Shown one piece after another: positions 9,148 to 16,329 of a DNA stretch of 25,269 bases. The DNA is taken from IMG/VR virus record IMGVR_UViG_3300017707_001156, positions 1 through 25,269 of that record. One strand, 5' to 3'. A program made the translations under genes and the position numbers. Numbering within the stretch: the stretch's first letter is position 1; every line of letters starts with the position of its first letter. The notes beneath the pieces were generated by a model. The model saw only the letters and a program-made list of their open reading frames with translations, made no database searches and was not told where the DNA came from. The stretch is from a virus. Its lineage: Duplodnaviria; Caudoviricetes.

Positions 9148-10746
9148 TTAATAGCCACCAGAGCGTGACTTAGTTGCTTTGCTAGTAGGATCGGCATAGT
9201 AAATGTCGCTAACTGCAGCATAGCGCAAAACGTCGATAGGGTCTTTAGCCTGTTCATCCGGCCCTTGCGCACCAGTGTATTCCTGCAAAGCCCAAATTAT
9301 GTTCTCGCATCGCTCTGAGACATAAAAATGCGGTCGGTTAATGGCATCCATCGGCTTTGTATGCACCCACGCCATTTTGCTTTGTAGCGATTGCAATCCG
9401 TCATCTTCATGCAAGCCCGGTGCGGCATGGCAAATGATTCCATTGTCCGCCAAGTCCTCAATGATGGACGACTGCCCGCGCTCATGGCTATATTTAGCCT
9501 GTCCCAACCGAGGGTCAATGATTCGTTCAAATATGGTTTCACCTACCTCTGAATTGTTAATCAAATCAACGTAGTCCTTGATACCCATACCTAACGACTT
9601 ACAGCCTTCACCAGCAGTCCATTTGTTTCCGCGCCACTGCCCCCATGCGCCTACGTTAATATCAGGCCATTCACGGTAAACCCACCACGTTCCACTCTCA
9701 TCTACGGCAATCCACGCCATAAACCAGTTCTTGCGACCAGCAGGGTCAATGATGAGATAGCGTGTGACACCTTTCTTCGGTATGGCCTCATGCTTAACCA
9801 CATTGATCTTAGCATCGAAGCGAGGAAAAAGGCTAGTAATGCTTTTAGTAGGGATTCCATAAAGACGAGTCTTAATCCACTCAACGTCCTTTGCCTTTGC
9901 CTCCTTCAACACGCGCTCATAACCTGAGAACGGGTTATCCTTAGTATGCAGATAGATGATGTAAGCATCCTTGTTCTTAGACTTCTGGACATATGGCACC
10001 TCGATGTTGTTTAGTGCTTCTGCCTTCTTAGTCTCAAGCGTTGTTGCGCCTTCTAGGTAGTCACGCACGGTTTGCGTGTACCCATCAATCGGCGTAAACG
10101 TCAGGAGCATCTTTGCGTTACGAGTAGCCAGACGGAACACCAAAGTGTTGATAAGCTCAGGGCCGCCAAGGTACTCGTCGCACCAAGCACCAAGATTGAC
10201 GCCAGTAGGCTCATACGATCCAAGTTCCATACCTTCGAGAACCGTATTATTTTGACTAAACTGCGAATAAGTCTTAAACAACACACGGCTACCATTGGGC
10301 AAAATAAAACCAGAACCAGCAAATCCGTTCTGGCTAGTGAATGAAATATACTCATTTTGTCCTAGTGTCTTTTGTTTAAGTTCTTGTGGCAACGCCTTAT
10401 ACACTGCCGCTTGCTGAACTAGCACACTTAACTCCGCGTTCTGGCTGAAGCACACTATCAAACTCTTGGGGTTAGACATTGCGGAATTAACTACTAACCA
10501 AGCACCTCCGCATGTTTTTGATGCACGGTTGCCACCTAGCGCAAGAACTTCATTTGCATCATTGAAGCATTCCTTCATTCGCTTCCAGTTATCCAGAACA
10601 AAGCCATGGCGATAAGGATCATCATCAGCTCGCTTGATAACGTCATGATAGTTCTTCCAATAGGCCAGCAAGTCCTGTGGCTCCATCAGGAGCTGCTCCT
10701 CATCGCTAGGAGGCTGTAAAATGGCGTGTCTAGCCCAAGTTAGCAT
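9148..10746 (-). CDS. terL: Terminase large subunit
   Basis: Walker A LGGNRASKT, Walker B AWCDE, coupling motif LLTFTP, RNase H-like nuclease residues IIDPAG and KDPIDVLRY. Confidence 0.93.
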   Translation of the reverse strand: MLTWARHAILQPPSDEEQLLMEPQDLLAYWKNYHDVIKRADDDPYRHGFVLDNWKRMKECFNDANEVLALGGNRASKTCGGAWLVVNSAMSNPKSLIVCFSQNAELSVLVQQAAVYKALPQELKQKTLGQNEYISFTSQNGFAGSGFILPNGSRVLFKTYSQFSQNNTVLEGMELGSYEPTGVNLGAWCDEYLGGPELINTLVFRLATRNAKMLLTFTPIDGYTQTVRDYLEGATTLETKKAEALNNIEVPYVQKSKNKDAYIIYLHTKDNPFSGYERVLKEAKAKDVEWIKTRLYGIPTKSITSLFPRFDAKINVVKHEAIPKKGVTRYLIIDPAGRKNWFMAWIAVDESGTWWVYREWPDINVGAWGQWRGNKWTAGEGCKSLGMGIKDYVDLINNSEVGETIFERIIDPRLGQAKYSHERGQSSIIEDLADNGIICHAAPGLHEDDGLQSLQSKMAWVHTKPMDAINRPHFYVSERCENIIWALQEYTGAQGPDEQAKDPIDVLRYAAVSDIYYADPTSKATKSRSGGY

Positions 10747-11015
10747 TACTCGTCATCCTCCTCATCCTCGGCATCATCACATTCTTTCACCTTGTAAACA
10801 TCGCCGTAAGGCAAAATCTCGTACTCCCTAACCTCCGTCTCAACGCCTTTTTCTGCCACAAGGTAGGTAAACACACCAGCACCACGCACAATGATGCCAC
10901 TAACATAGGCAATGTCATTTACTCCATCATTGAAACAAATCCGTTCACCAATCCCAAAGGACGGAACAATTTGCTTTGCTTCAACAGGCTTACGAATTGG
11001 GAGATCGTTAATCAT
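10746..11015 (-). CDS. Small SH3-like hypothetical protein with acidic tail
   Basis: FGIGERICF..YVSGIIVR..TYLV..EYEI beta-barrel pattern; overlaps both neighbours by one base. Confidence 0.7.
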   Translation of the reverse strand: MINDLPIRKPVEAKQIVPSFGIGERICFNDGVNDIAYVSGIIVRGAGVFTYLVAEKGVETEVREYEILPYGDVYKVKECDDAEDEEDDE

Positions 11016-11560
11016 TAAGTTAATTCAATTGGTGGTTCCGTAACATTCTTTTCCAGCTTAATCTTTGCTCGCAGCTCGGCCAAGTGCCGCTGCACGTCCT
11101 CAAACGTAGGGCCGACATTGATCGTAACAGCCTTATTCGCACCTTCACCAATGGCATTCTGGTAACTCTCACCCATCATGCTTGCTGCCTGTGCAATGTC
11201 ACGCAAGTTAGTCTTCTTAACCTGTTCCTCGTCATCCTCCATCATATCCAGCTTCTTGTGCATCAATGCCTGTGTACGCTGCTTCAACAGGAAAGCCTCA
11301 CCAGCATTGTACTCACGGAACAGTCCAATTACATCCCTGTGGTCTGAATGAATCCGGCGAATGGTCTTAGGATCAATCTCAAACTTATTTACCGCATCCC
11401 TAATACGCCCACCCATTGCAATGAACTCAATCACATCCCTAGCTTTCTCAGGACTATGATTCTCAATCAGCCTGTGATCCTTATTCCCAATTGTGGCAAT
11501 AGACTTAGCCGTAGCTTTCCTTACCTTTTTTAGCGAAGGAACCTCATCTTCGTCTCTCAT
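11015..11560 (-). CDS. Putative terminase small subunit
   Basis: HTH-like segment (GGRIRDAVNKFEIDPKTIRRI), two oligomerisation helices and a C-terminal beta strand; two genes upstream of TerL. Confidence 0.65.
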   Translation of the reverse strand: MRDEDEVPSLKKVRKATAKSIATIGNKDHRLIENHSPEKARDVIEFIAMGGRIRDAVNKFEIDPKTIRRIHSDHRDVIGLFREYNAGEAFLLKQRTQALMHKKLDMMEDDEEQVKKTNLRDIAQAASMMGESYQNAIGEGANKAVTINVGPTFEDVQRHLAELRAKIKLEKNVTEPPIELT

Positions 11561-11787
11561 TTGTTATTTAATTGGTTATCTACTTTGTAATAGATATTAA
11601 GAAGGCCCCTGCGTTTAAGGGCAAAGAGTTCTTCTTTAGTCATATCAGTTCGCCCGGTTAACTTACACCAAGCAATGTATGCTTCATTGTTCCTGTCATC
11701 GGATACATTACTTACCAAAATACCAAGCATTGTAATGCAAAAAAATGAAACTACAGCAATTAAAGAAATTTGAATAAACTGCTTCAT
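11557..11787 (-). CDS. Small membrane protein
   Basis: N-terminal hydrophobic helix FIQISLIAVVSFFCITMLGILV; ATGA overlap with the downstream gene and a 4 nt overlap with the upstream gene. Confidence 0.7.
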   Translation of the reverse strand: MKQFIQISLIAVVSFFCITMLGILVSNVSDDRNNEAYIAWCKLTGRTDMTKEELFALKRRGLLNIYYKVDNQLNNK

Positions 11788-11993
11788 TTAGTTTCCTTTT
11801 GTTTAACGCCAACAGGCCTATCCCACAACCCTCGCCATTTAAGCAACAGGTTGCCTTTACTATCCCTCTCCATGCTAACAGCTATACGCCGATGCTCTGG
11901 AGCACACCAGCGATTAGGACTCTTACGCTCTCGCTTTTCATCTTCTTCTTCAATCTCCTTTCGCCTATCATTCACAAATTGCCGTAAGTCCAT
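11784..11993 (-). CDS. Hypothetical protein
   Basis: 69 aa charged ORF packed in the operon. Confidence 0.65.
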   Translation of the reverse strand: MDLRQFVNDRRKEIEEEDEKRERKSPNRWCAPEHRRIAVSMERDSKGNLLLKWRGLWDRPVGVKQKETK

Positions 11994-11995
11994 AA

Positions 11996-12304
11996 TTATT
12001 TAAGTTCAACATCAACTGAATCTCGCTTCTTCAATTGGTTCAACTCGTCAGCAAGCTCAAGGATTGTTTTCTTATGTCCATCCAGATCTCGCTCCAGTGA
12101 GTAGATTGACGCATTGGCCATTTGTAGTGCCTTTGTCTCGCTATGCACGCTAGTCGCATCCATACGAGCTTGCAAGGAAGCATTGGCGTCACGCCAGCGT
12201 AAAATCTCCTTAGAGAGTGATTCAACCCTAGCAGTTAGCTTGGCATTGGAATCACCTAAATCCATGATTTGTTTAATAAGCAGCAGGCAGTCTTCGGCAT
12301 CCAT
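11996..12304 (-). CDS. Coiled-coil hypothetical protein, first gene of left operon
   Basis: 102 aa with heptad pattern; promoter-like sequence immediately upstream. Confidence 0.7.
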   Translation of the reverse strand: MDAEDCLLLIKQIMDLGDSNAKLTARVESLSKEILRWRDANASLQARMDATSVHSETKALQMANASIYSLERDLDGHKKTILELADELNQLKKRDSVDVELK

Positions 12305-12310
12305 AATTCA

Positions 12311-12339
12311 ATCTTTAGTCGCCAACCTAAGATAGTCAA
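12311..12339 (-). promoter_or_regulatory. Putative sigma70-like promoter, possibly leaderless
   Basis: TTGACT-17 nt-AAAGAT, with ATG 6 nt downstream and an AT-rich upstream tract. Confidence 0.45.
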
Positions 12340-12344
12340 GATTT

Positions 12345-12570
12345 ATTTTCACTTATTTCACTCCTACCCATACAGACACAACTATCCTTAAGCCTTTATG
12401 TCCGTTGTTTGTCTCCGTTAGCAGTCTTTATGCCTTCCGTAAACCAACCAACTTCCATTCGCCAACTCCGTCAAAAAACAGACATAAAAACAATTCCACT
12501 GGCTTACCGCTTCCGCTCGCCAGACCGTATTATAATCCAATCTCACCTACACAGTCACCGCTTCGCGTTG
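12345..12570 (-). ncRNA. Candidate structured GGA-rich small RNA or long leader
   Basis: No sizeable ORF; own promoter; 17 bp helix 12395-12411/12472-12488 plus flanking helices; 10 GGA motifs. Confidence 0.5.
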
Positions 12571-12575
12571 GTTCG

Positions 12576-12603
12576 ATTGTATTACGCAAATTCAAAAAGT
12601 CAA
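12576..12603 (-). promoter_or_regulatory. Sigma70-like promoter
   Basis: TTGACT-16 nt-TACAAT on the minus strand. Confidence 0.7.
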
Positions 12604-12689
12604 GACAATTCTTCAAAAGATTATCAGAAAATACCACTCAACTAACCTCACATCATACACTTAAAAATTTTTATTTTATTTTCAGAAAT

Positions 12690-12736
12690 AGACTTCTAGC
12701 CAACTAAAGACTTCTAGTTAAACAAAAGACTTCTAC
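12690..12736 (+). repeat. Three direct repeats AGACTTCTA
   Basis: Copies start at 12690, 12708 and 12727, next to an A/T tract at 12661-12683. Confidence 0.85.
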
Positions 12737-12760
12737 AAATACCCAACCACAAGCAATTTA

Positions 12761-13127
12761 ACCTATCTCATCCTTAAAGCCTATCTACATCACCAGAACC
12801 TACAGCCTATCTACCCCCCATAACACTGTCAAAAACCTCTTAAATCCAAAGCAATCACCCATAGAACCAACCGCAAATAGGACGGCCTAAAGGATATTTT
12901 TTTTAACAGCTACTTAACCTATCGCAATTCTTCTGCCCACCCAACCTACCAACCCCCTCCCCCCATGCCGGAACAATAGAGGGAGGGAATGCTACAGCCT
13001 ATCCAATAGAATAGCATAGGCGCAGCTCGATGCTCTCGCGTGCGTGTGGGGAATATTAAGGGGTGAATCTATCTTACAGCCTATCTACAGCCTATCTCAT
13101 GCCTATCTACAGCCATATCTACAGGCC
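12761..13127 (+). repeat. TACAGCCTATC / CCTATC repeat family (dispersed copies plus 11 bp tandem array)
   Basis: Dispersed copies near 12761, 12779, 12801, 12916 and 12993; tandem units at 13075, 13086, 13097, 13108 and a partial at 13120. Confidence 0.9.
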
Positions 13128-13258
13128 AATCACACACACAAAGGAACGAGCTGGTAATAATAGCTTAATTGGAATGATTCTAAATAAGGAAATGAAGACA
13201 AAAGAAACATTTGAGCTTGCTTTGGTGTGATTGGTGTGATTGCTTGGTGTTCTCACCT

Positions 13259-13507
13259 ATGAAATACGAAATTACGCCAAAGGTTACACACATTGACGGC
13301 GCTACGCTTGCGAACGTTCCGTTTCGGCTTAGCTCGCACCATGACGCGAAGGGGCAAGTTGAATTGATCTCGCTTACTTGGCTACCATTCGGCGGAGTTG
13401 GCTCAATCCACACCACGTTTCGAGTTAAACACATTGGGGACATTTACTATCGGCTTACTAGGGGTATTGAGATTCCCAGGAATTGGTTTTCGCACAACGA
13501 ATCGTAA
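13259..13507 (+). CDS. Hypothetical early protein (MKYEITPK...)
   Basis: ATG at 13259 within the listed ORF; followed immediately by an intrinsic terminator. Confidence 0.6.
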   Translation: MKYEITPKVTHIDGATLANVPFRLSSHHDAKGQVELISLTWLPFGGVGSIHTTFRVKHIGDIYYRLTRGIEIPRNWFSHNES

Positions 13508-13511
13508 CCAC

Positions 13512-13540
13512 AAAGCCTCCCAGAAATGGGAGGCTTTTTT
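13512..13540 (+). terminator. Rho-independent terminator
   Basis: AAAGCCTCCC-AGAAAT-GGGAGGCTTTTTT. Confidence 0.9.
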
Positions 13541-13635
13541 ATGCCTTCCCATGTCGTTTGCTTGCGATTTAACGCCATTTGAAAGCGTAGGTGGTGCGAA
13601 GCTATGGGAGGAGAAACAGGGTTATTTTAAAGAAA

Positions 13636-13677
13636 GTTAAAAAAATAGCTTGCAAGTGAAAAACCATTTGAGACTGT
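13636..13677 (+). promoter_or_regulatory. Putative early promoter
   Basis: A-tract UP element, TTGCAA at 13650, 16 nt spacer, weak -10 GACTGT. Confidence 0.4.
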
Positions 13678-13715
13678 GAAGGAGTAGCAACGAAACAAAC
13701 CAAATATATAAAGAT

Positions 13716-13964
13716 ATGAAAAACACCTACGCCAACGGCACCATAGCTAATAGCCAAGCGTCAACATGGGAATACACGGCTGAAAACGCCGCCAAAGCCG
13801 AAGCGGAATGGTGGGAGTACCGCAACGGCAGTTTGCGACTGTGGGGCGACCTTGACCGCGCTAATGATAGCGCCAGCAGATACGTTTTTGAGAAAACAGG
13901 ACGGCGCAGAAAGTCGTGGGTTTCTATTCTGCCTAACGCACGCCAAACAACCAACCAGGCCTGA
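13716..13964 (+). CDS. Hypothetical early protein
   Basis: 82 aa; ATG preceded by an A-rich leader. Confidence 0.7.
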   Translation: MKNTYANGTIANSQASTWEYTAENAAKAEAEWWEYRNGSLRLWGDLDRANDSASRYVFEKTGRRRKSWVSILPNARQTTNQA

Positions 13965-14010
13965 CAGCCAACGGCCTACACTTTCAGCCAACGAAACACA
14001 CACAGACAAA

Positions 14011-14988
14011 ATGAAAACCAATAACCTGACTTATACGTTCACCCATAACACCCCACGCGAGCGGGTCACTGTCAAAGCGTCACTAAATGACGAATGTAGA
14101 AATGGGCATTCGCATTTTTCCCTCACTTGCTCCGCAGAGGAACTATCTCGTGGGCGTTGGGTGGACTCTTTCGGCGGTTGCGCCCATCAAGAAATTCTCA
14201 AGCGGTTCCCTGACGTTCCCGAGCTTCGCCTTTTGGCCTCCATGCATTTGTCAGAATCCGACGGCGTTCCAATGCACGCTTTCAGCAATGCATTTTATTG
14301 GTTTTGCGGTTTGTTCGCTGATGGACTAGGCAACCAATACCACGGAGGGAGCGGGCGGGACGGCAAGAGCCGCGAGAAATGCCGCGAGATATTGACAGGC
14401 CATTTGCGTGCAACCCCTGCGCAGATTGACGCCTTAATAGCTGCGCAGCCGCGCAACTATGCAGAGATGAAATTTCAGATTGAGAAGCTGGGATTCATTG
14501 AACAATGGAAAGCAGAAGCTGACACGCTGCGTAAATGGCTGGAAGAGAAAACCGACAAGGAATACTCTTACACGGGGGAGCGTTTGAGCTATAAGCCAAC
14601 AACACCAGAGGAGGCCAAGGCAATTGAGGACTTGTTCGCTAGTGGGTATTACCTACCCGAAAACGTAGCGAAACGGGACGCGGAGAAGAAGGCCGCGCAA
14701 CGCCGCAAGCTAACCGCCGAGGCAATGAAAGAAGCCGATGTAAAGATGGAGCATATAAAAAAGGAGCTAGCCCTCCGTTTGTGCGTTATTGATTGCGATA
14801 ATAAGGCCGCAAAAAACACGATCCTTTACAATCATATGAACACCGTGGCGGCGAATTGGTCTGAAAGTGAGCCACTATGGGCGGAGGCGGATTTCAACGC
14901 ATTCGCCGCCGAGTGCCAATTACGCCCAGAGCTAGAGAGCGTAAAGTTTGAGTTTCAAGCCAAGCCGAAAACCTACGGAAAGAAATGA
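14011..14988 (+). CDS. Phage early protein with Cys/His motifs (unknown function)
   Basis: Start reassigned to ATG 14011 after an ACACACAGACAAA leader; motifs DECRNGHSHFS, GGCAHQEI and HLSESDGVPMH. Confidence 0.8.
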   Translation: MKTNNLTYTFTHNTPRERVTVKASLNDECRNGHSHFSLTCSAEELSRGRWVDSFGGCAHQEILKRFPDVPELRLLASMHLSESDGVPMHAFSNAFYWFCGLFADGLGNQYHGGSGRDGKSREKCREILTGHLRATPAQIDALIAAQPRNYAEMKFQIEKLGFIEQWKAEADTLRKWLEEKTDKEYSYTGERLSYKPTTPEEAKAIEDLFASGYYLPENVAKRDAEKKAAQRRKLTAEAMKEADVKMEHIKKELALRLCVIDCDNKAAKNTILYNHMNTVAANWSESEPLWAEADFNAFAAECQLRPELESVKFEFQAKPKTYGKK

Positions 14989-15074
14989 TAACCGCTTTTA
15001 CCCTGCTTTGTGTCCTAATAATGAGCCTGCTTACATTTTCGGGCCTATTAAAAAACCACGAATCATGCAAATGA
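14985..15074 (+). CDS. 29 aa single-helix membrane peptide (MITAFTLLCVLIMSLLTFSGLLKNHESCK)
   Basis: Below the ORF-track cutoff; ATGA overlap at both ends; hydrophobic core. Confidence 0.65.
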   Translation: MITAFTLLCVLIMSLLTFSGLLKNHESCK

Positions 15075-15301
15075 AAACAATACCGATAATCGGAAGCCAT
15101 TGGATTAGCGAAAAGCGTGAACAGTTTGATTTCTGCCTTTGCGAGCGCACCGAAAAGGGGCTTTTAACCGTCGCCATTGTCAGTATAGGGACAGGCAATT
15201 TTTCGGCTTGGTCAATATCTCGTTATTCTTTAAGAATGCCTGCAATTGTTCGCTTGGCAAAGATATATAAAAACCGCAGTATTCCGCAACAAATTAAGTG
15301 A
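15071..15301 (+). CDS. Hypothetical protein (MKTIPIIGSHW...)
   Basis: ATGA-coupled start; flanked by 16 bp direct repeats. Confidence 0.6.
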   Translation: MKTIPIIGSHWISEKREQFDFCLCERTEKGLLTVAIVSIGTGNFSAWSISRYSLRMPAIVRLAKIYKNRSIPQQIK

Positions 15302-15325
15302 TACAAAAAAGCCCCTACTCGAATC

Positions 15326-15517
15326 ATGCAAATGACATTAAAACAAAGGCTGTCTTTTCATGTAAATCGCCTAATAAATGACGGCGGCGAGGTAGTAACT
15401 GAAATTCCCCCCAAAATTAAAGCATGGCGACAGCCAACAAACGCCGAAATAAGTTTCGGTTACGGCGCGATCATAGTGCTTGCAATGCGCAAGCGCTTGC
15501 GCATGGTGGAGGTGTAA
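15326..15517 (+). CDS. Hypothetical protein, possibly 3'-truncated
   Basis: 63 aa (start could be 15332); the last codons run through a palindromic promoter-like sequence. Confidence 0.5.
   Translation: MQMTLKQRLSFHVNRLINDGGEVVTEIPPKIKAWRQPTNAEISFGYGAIIVLAMRKRLRMVEV
15480..15507 (+). promoter_or_regulatory. Putative promoter with perfect 20 bp palindromic operator
   Basis: TTGCAA-16 nt-CATGGT enclosing ATGCGCAAGCGCTTGCGCAT (15485-15504). Confidence 0.6.
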
Positions 15518-15530
15518 CGAACAACATACC

Positions 15531-15704
15531 ATGAAAAACATCACCTCATTCAACTGCGTCGCCTACGTCGGCCACGGCCTCGAAAAAACCGTCGTAACCG
15601 TGGACGCCAAAAACACCCGCGAGGCTTGGAGCAAAGCAGACGCAGAACTCCGCAAGACTCACCGCATCGTTCAGATGCTCGACATCAAGGAGGTCGGAGC
15701 GTGA
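15531..15704 (+). CDS. Hypothetical protein (MKNITSFNC...)
   Basis: ATG after an AACAACATACC leader; TGA overlaps the next GTG. Confidence 0.7.
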   Translation: MKNITSFNCVAYVGHGLEKTVVTVDAKNTREAWSKADAELRKTHRIVQMLDIKEVGA

Positions 15705-15898
15705 AGGCCGGAGATAAGTGCATGTATAAACTGCCCACCCGTAAAAACGACGGGTGGCGCGAAGGCAGGGTGCAGGAAAAGATCGGTGATCTTTATCGTG
15801 TCACGCGACCGGACGAAGAATATGGCGGCATCCTCTTTTATCGTGAGGAACTTCTTTCGTGGCCGGAGTGGAAGAATCTGGTAAACGCCAACAAATGA
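15701..15898 (+). CDS. Small SH3/KOW-like protein (MKAGDKC...)
   Basis: GTG start with AAGGAGGT upstream; GDK..WREGRV..YRV pattern. Confidence 0.65.
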   Translation: MKAGDKCMYKLPTRKNDGWREGRVQEKIGDLYRVTRPDEEYGGILFYREELLSWPEWKNLVNANK

Positions 15899-16068
15899 AA
15901 ACCGCAACATACGAACAAATCCAAGTCGCACGCGACATCGCAAACGACTACGCCACAGGCGAACAAGACCGAAAGGCTTTGCTTGCCGTGGCGGAAGCCG
16001 CTGAAAACCTTACTAACCTTTTAACGGGGCTTGCCATGCTGGGCAAAGGCACTCCCGCCGCAGACTAA
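15895..16068 (+). CDS. Hypothetical helical protein (MKTATYEQ...)
   Basis: ATGA overlap with the previous gene. Confidence 0.65.
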   Translation: MKTATYEQIQVARDIANDYATGEQDRKALLAVAEAAENLTNLLTGLAMLGKGTPAAD

Positions 16069-16081
16069 ACGGAAGATTACC

Positions 16082-16285
16082 ATGAACCATCGTAAGATTA
16101 GCGCCAAAGGCGGGAAGGCTGGGCGCGGCGCGGCAAAAGCCCGCACTAGCGAACAGGCACGCGCCGCCGCGCAAGCGGGATGGGCTAAACGGCGTAAGGA
16201 AATGTTTGAACGATCCGACTGGTTAAAGCCTGATGGAAGTTTCTATAAATGGCGCAAGTTTGACGGTTTGCGTTATAACCGATAA
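16082..16285 (+). CDS. Small basic KGG-motif protein, probable nucleic-acid binder
   Basis: SAKGGKAGRGAAKARTSEQARAAAQAGWAKRR; followed by a terminator. Confidence 0.7.
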   Translation: MNHRKISAKGGKAGRGAAKARTSEQARAAAQAGWAKRRKEMFERSDWLKPDGSFYKWRKFDGLRYNR

Positions 16286-16288
16286 AAC

Positions 16289-16316
16289 AAAGCCCGCCAA
16301 TTACGGCGGGCTTTTT
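16289..16316. terminator. Intrinsic terminator between convergent operons (likely bidirectional)
   Basis: AAAGCCCGCC-AATTAC-GGCGGGCTTTTT. Confidence 0.9.
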
Positions 16317-16329
16317 CGTGTCCTTATTC

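Noticed and set aside
12405-12707. Plus-strand ORFs of 100 and 78 aa
   Set aside because: TTG starts, low-complexity products; the region is better explained by a minus-strand promoter and structured RNA.
13075-13127. Possible CRISPR array
   Set aside because: Units are 11 bp in tandem with no unique spacers, and no cas genes; the Cas4-like nuclease sits with ERF/SSB and is better explained as a recombination exonuclease.
13217-13250. TTGGTGTGA direct repeats upstream of ATG 13259
   Set aside because: Real but short; no clear -10 element could be assigned, so no function is claimed.
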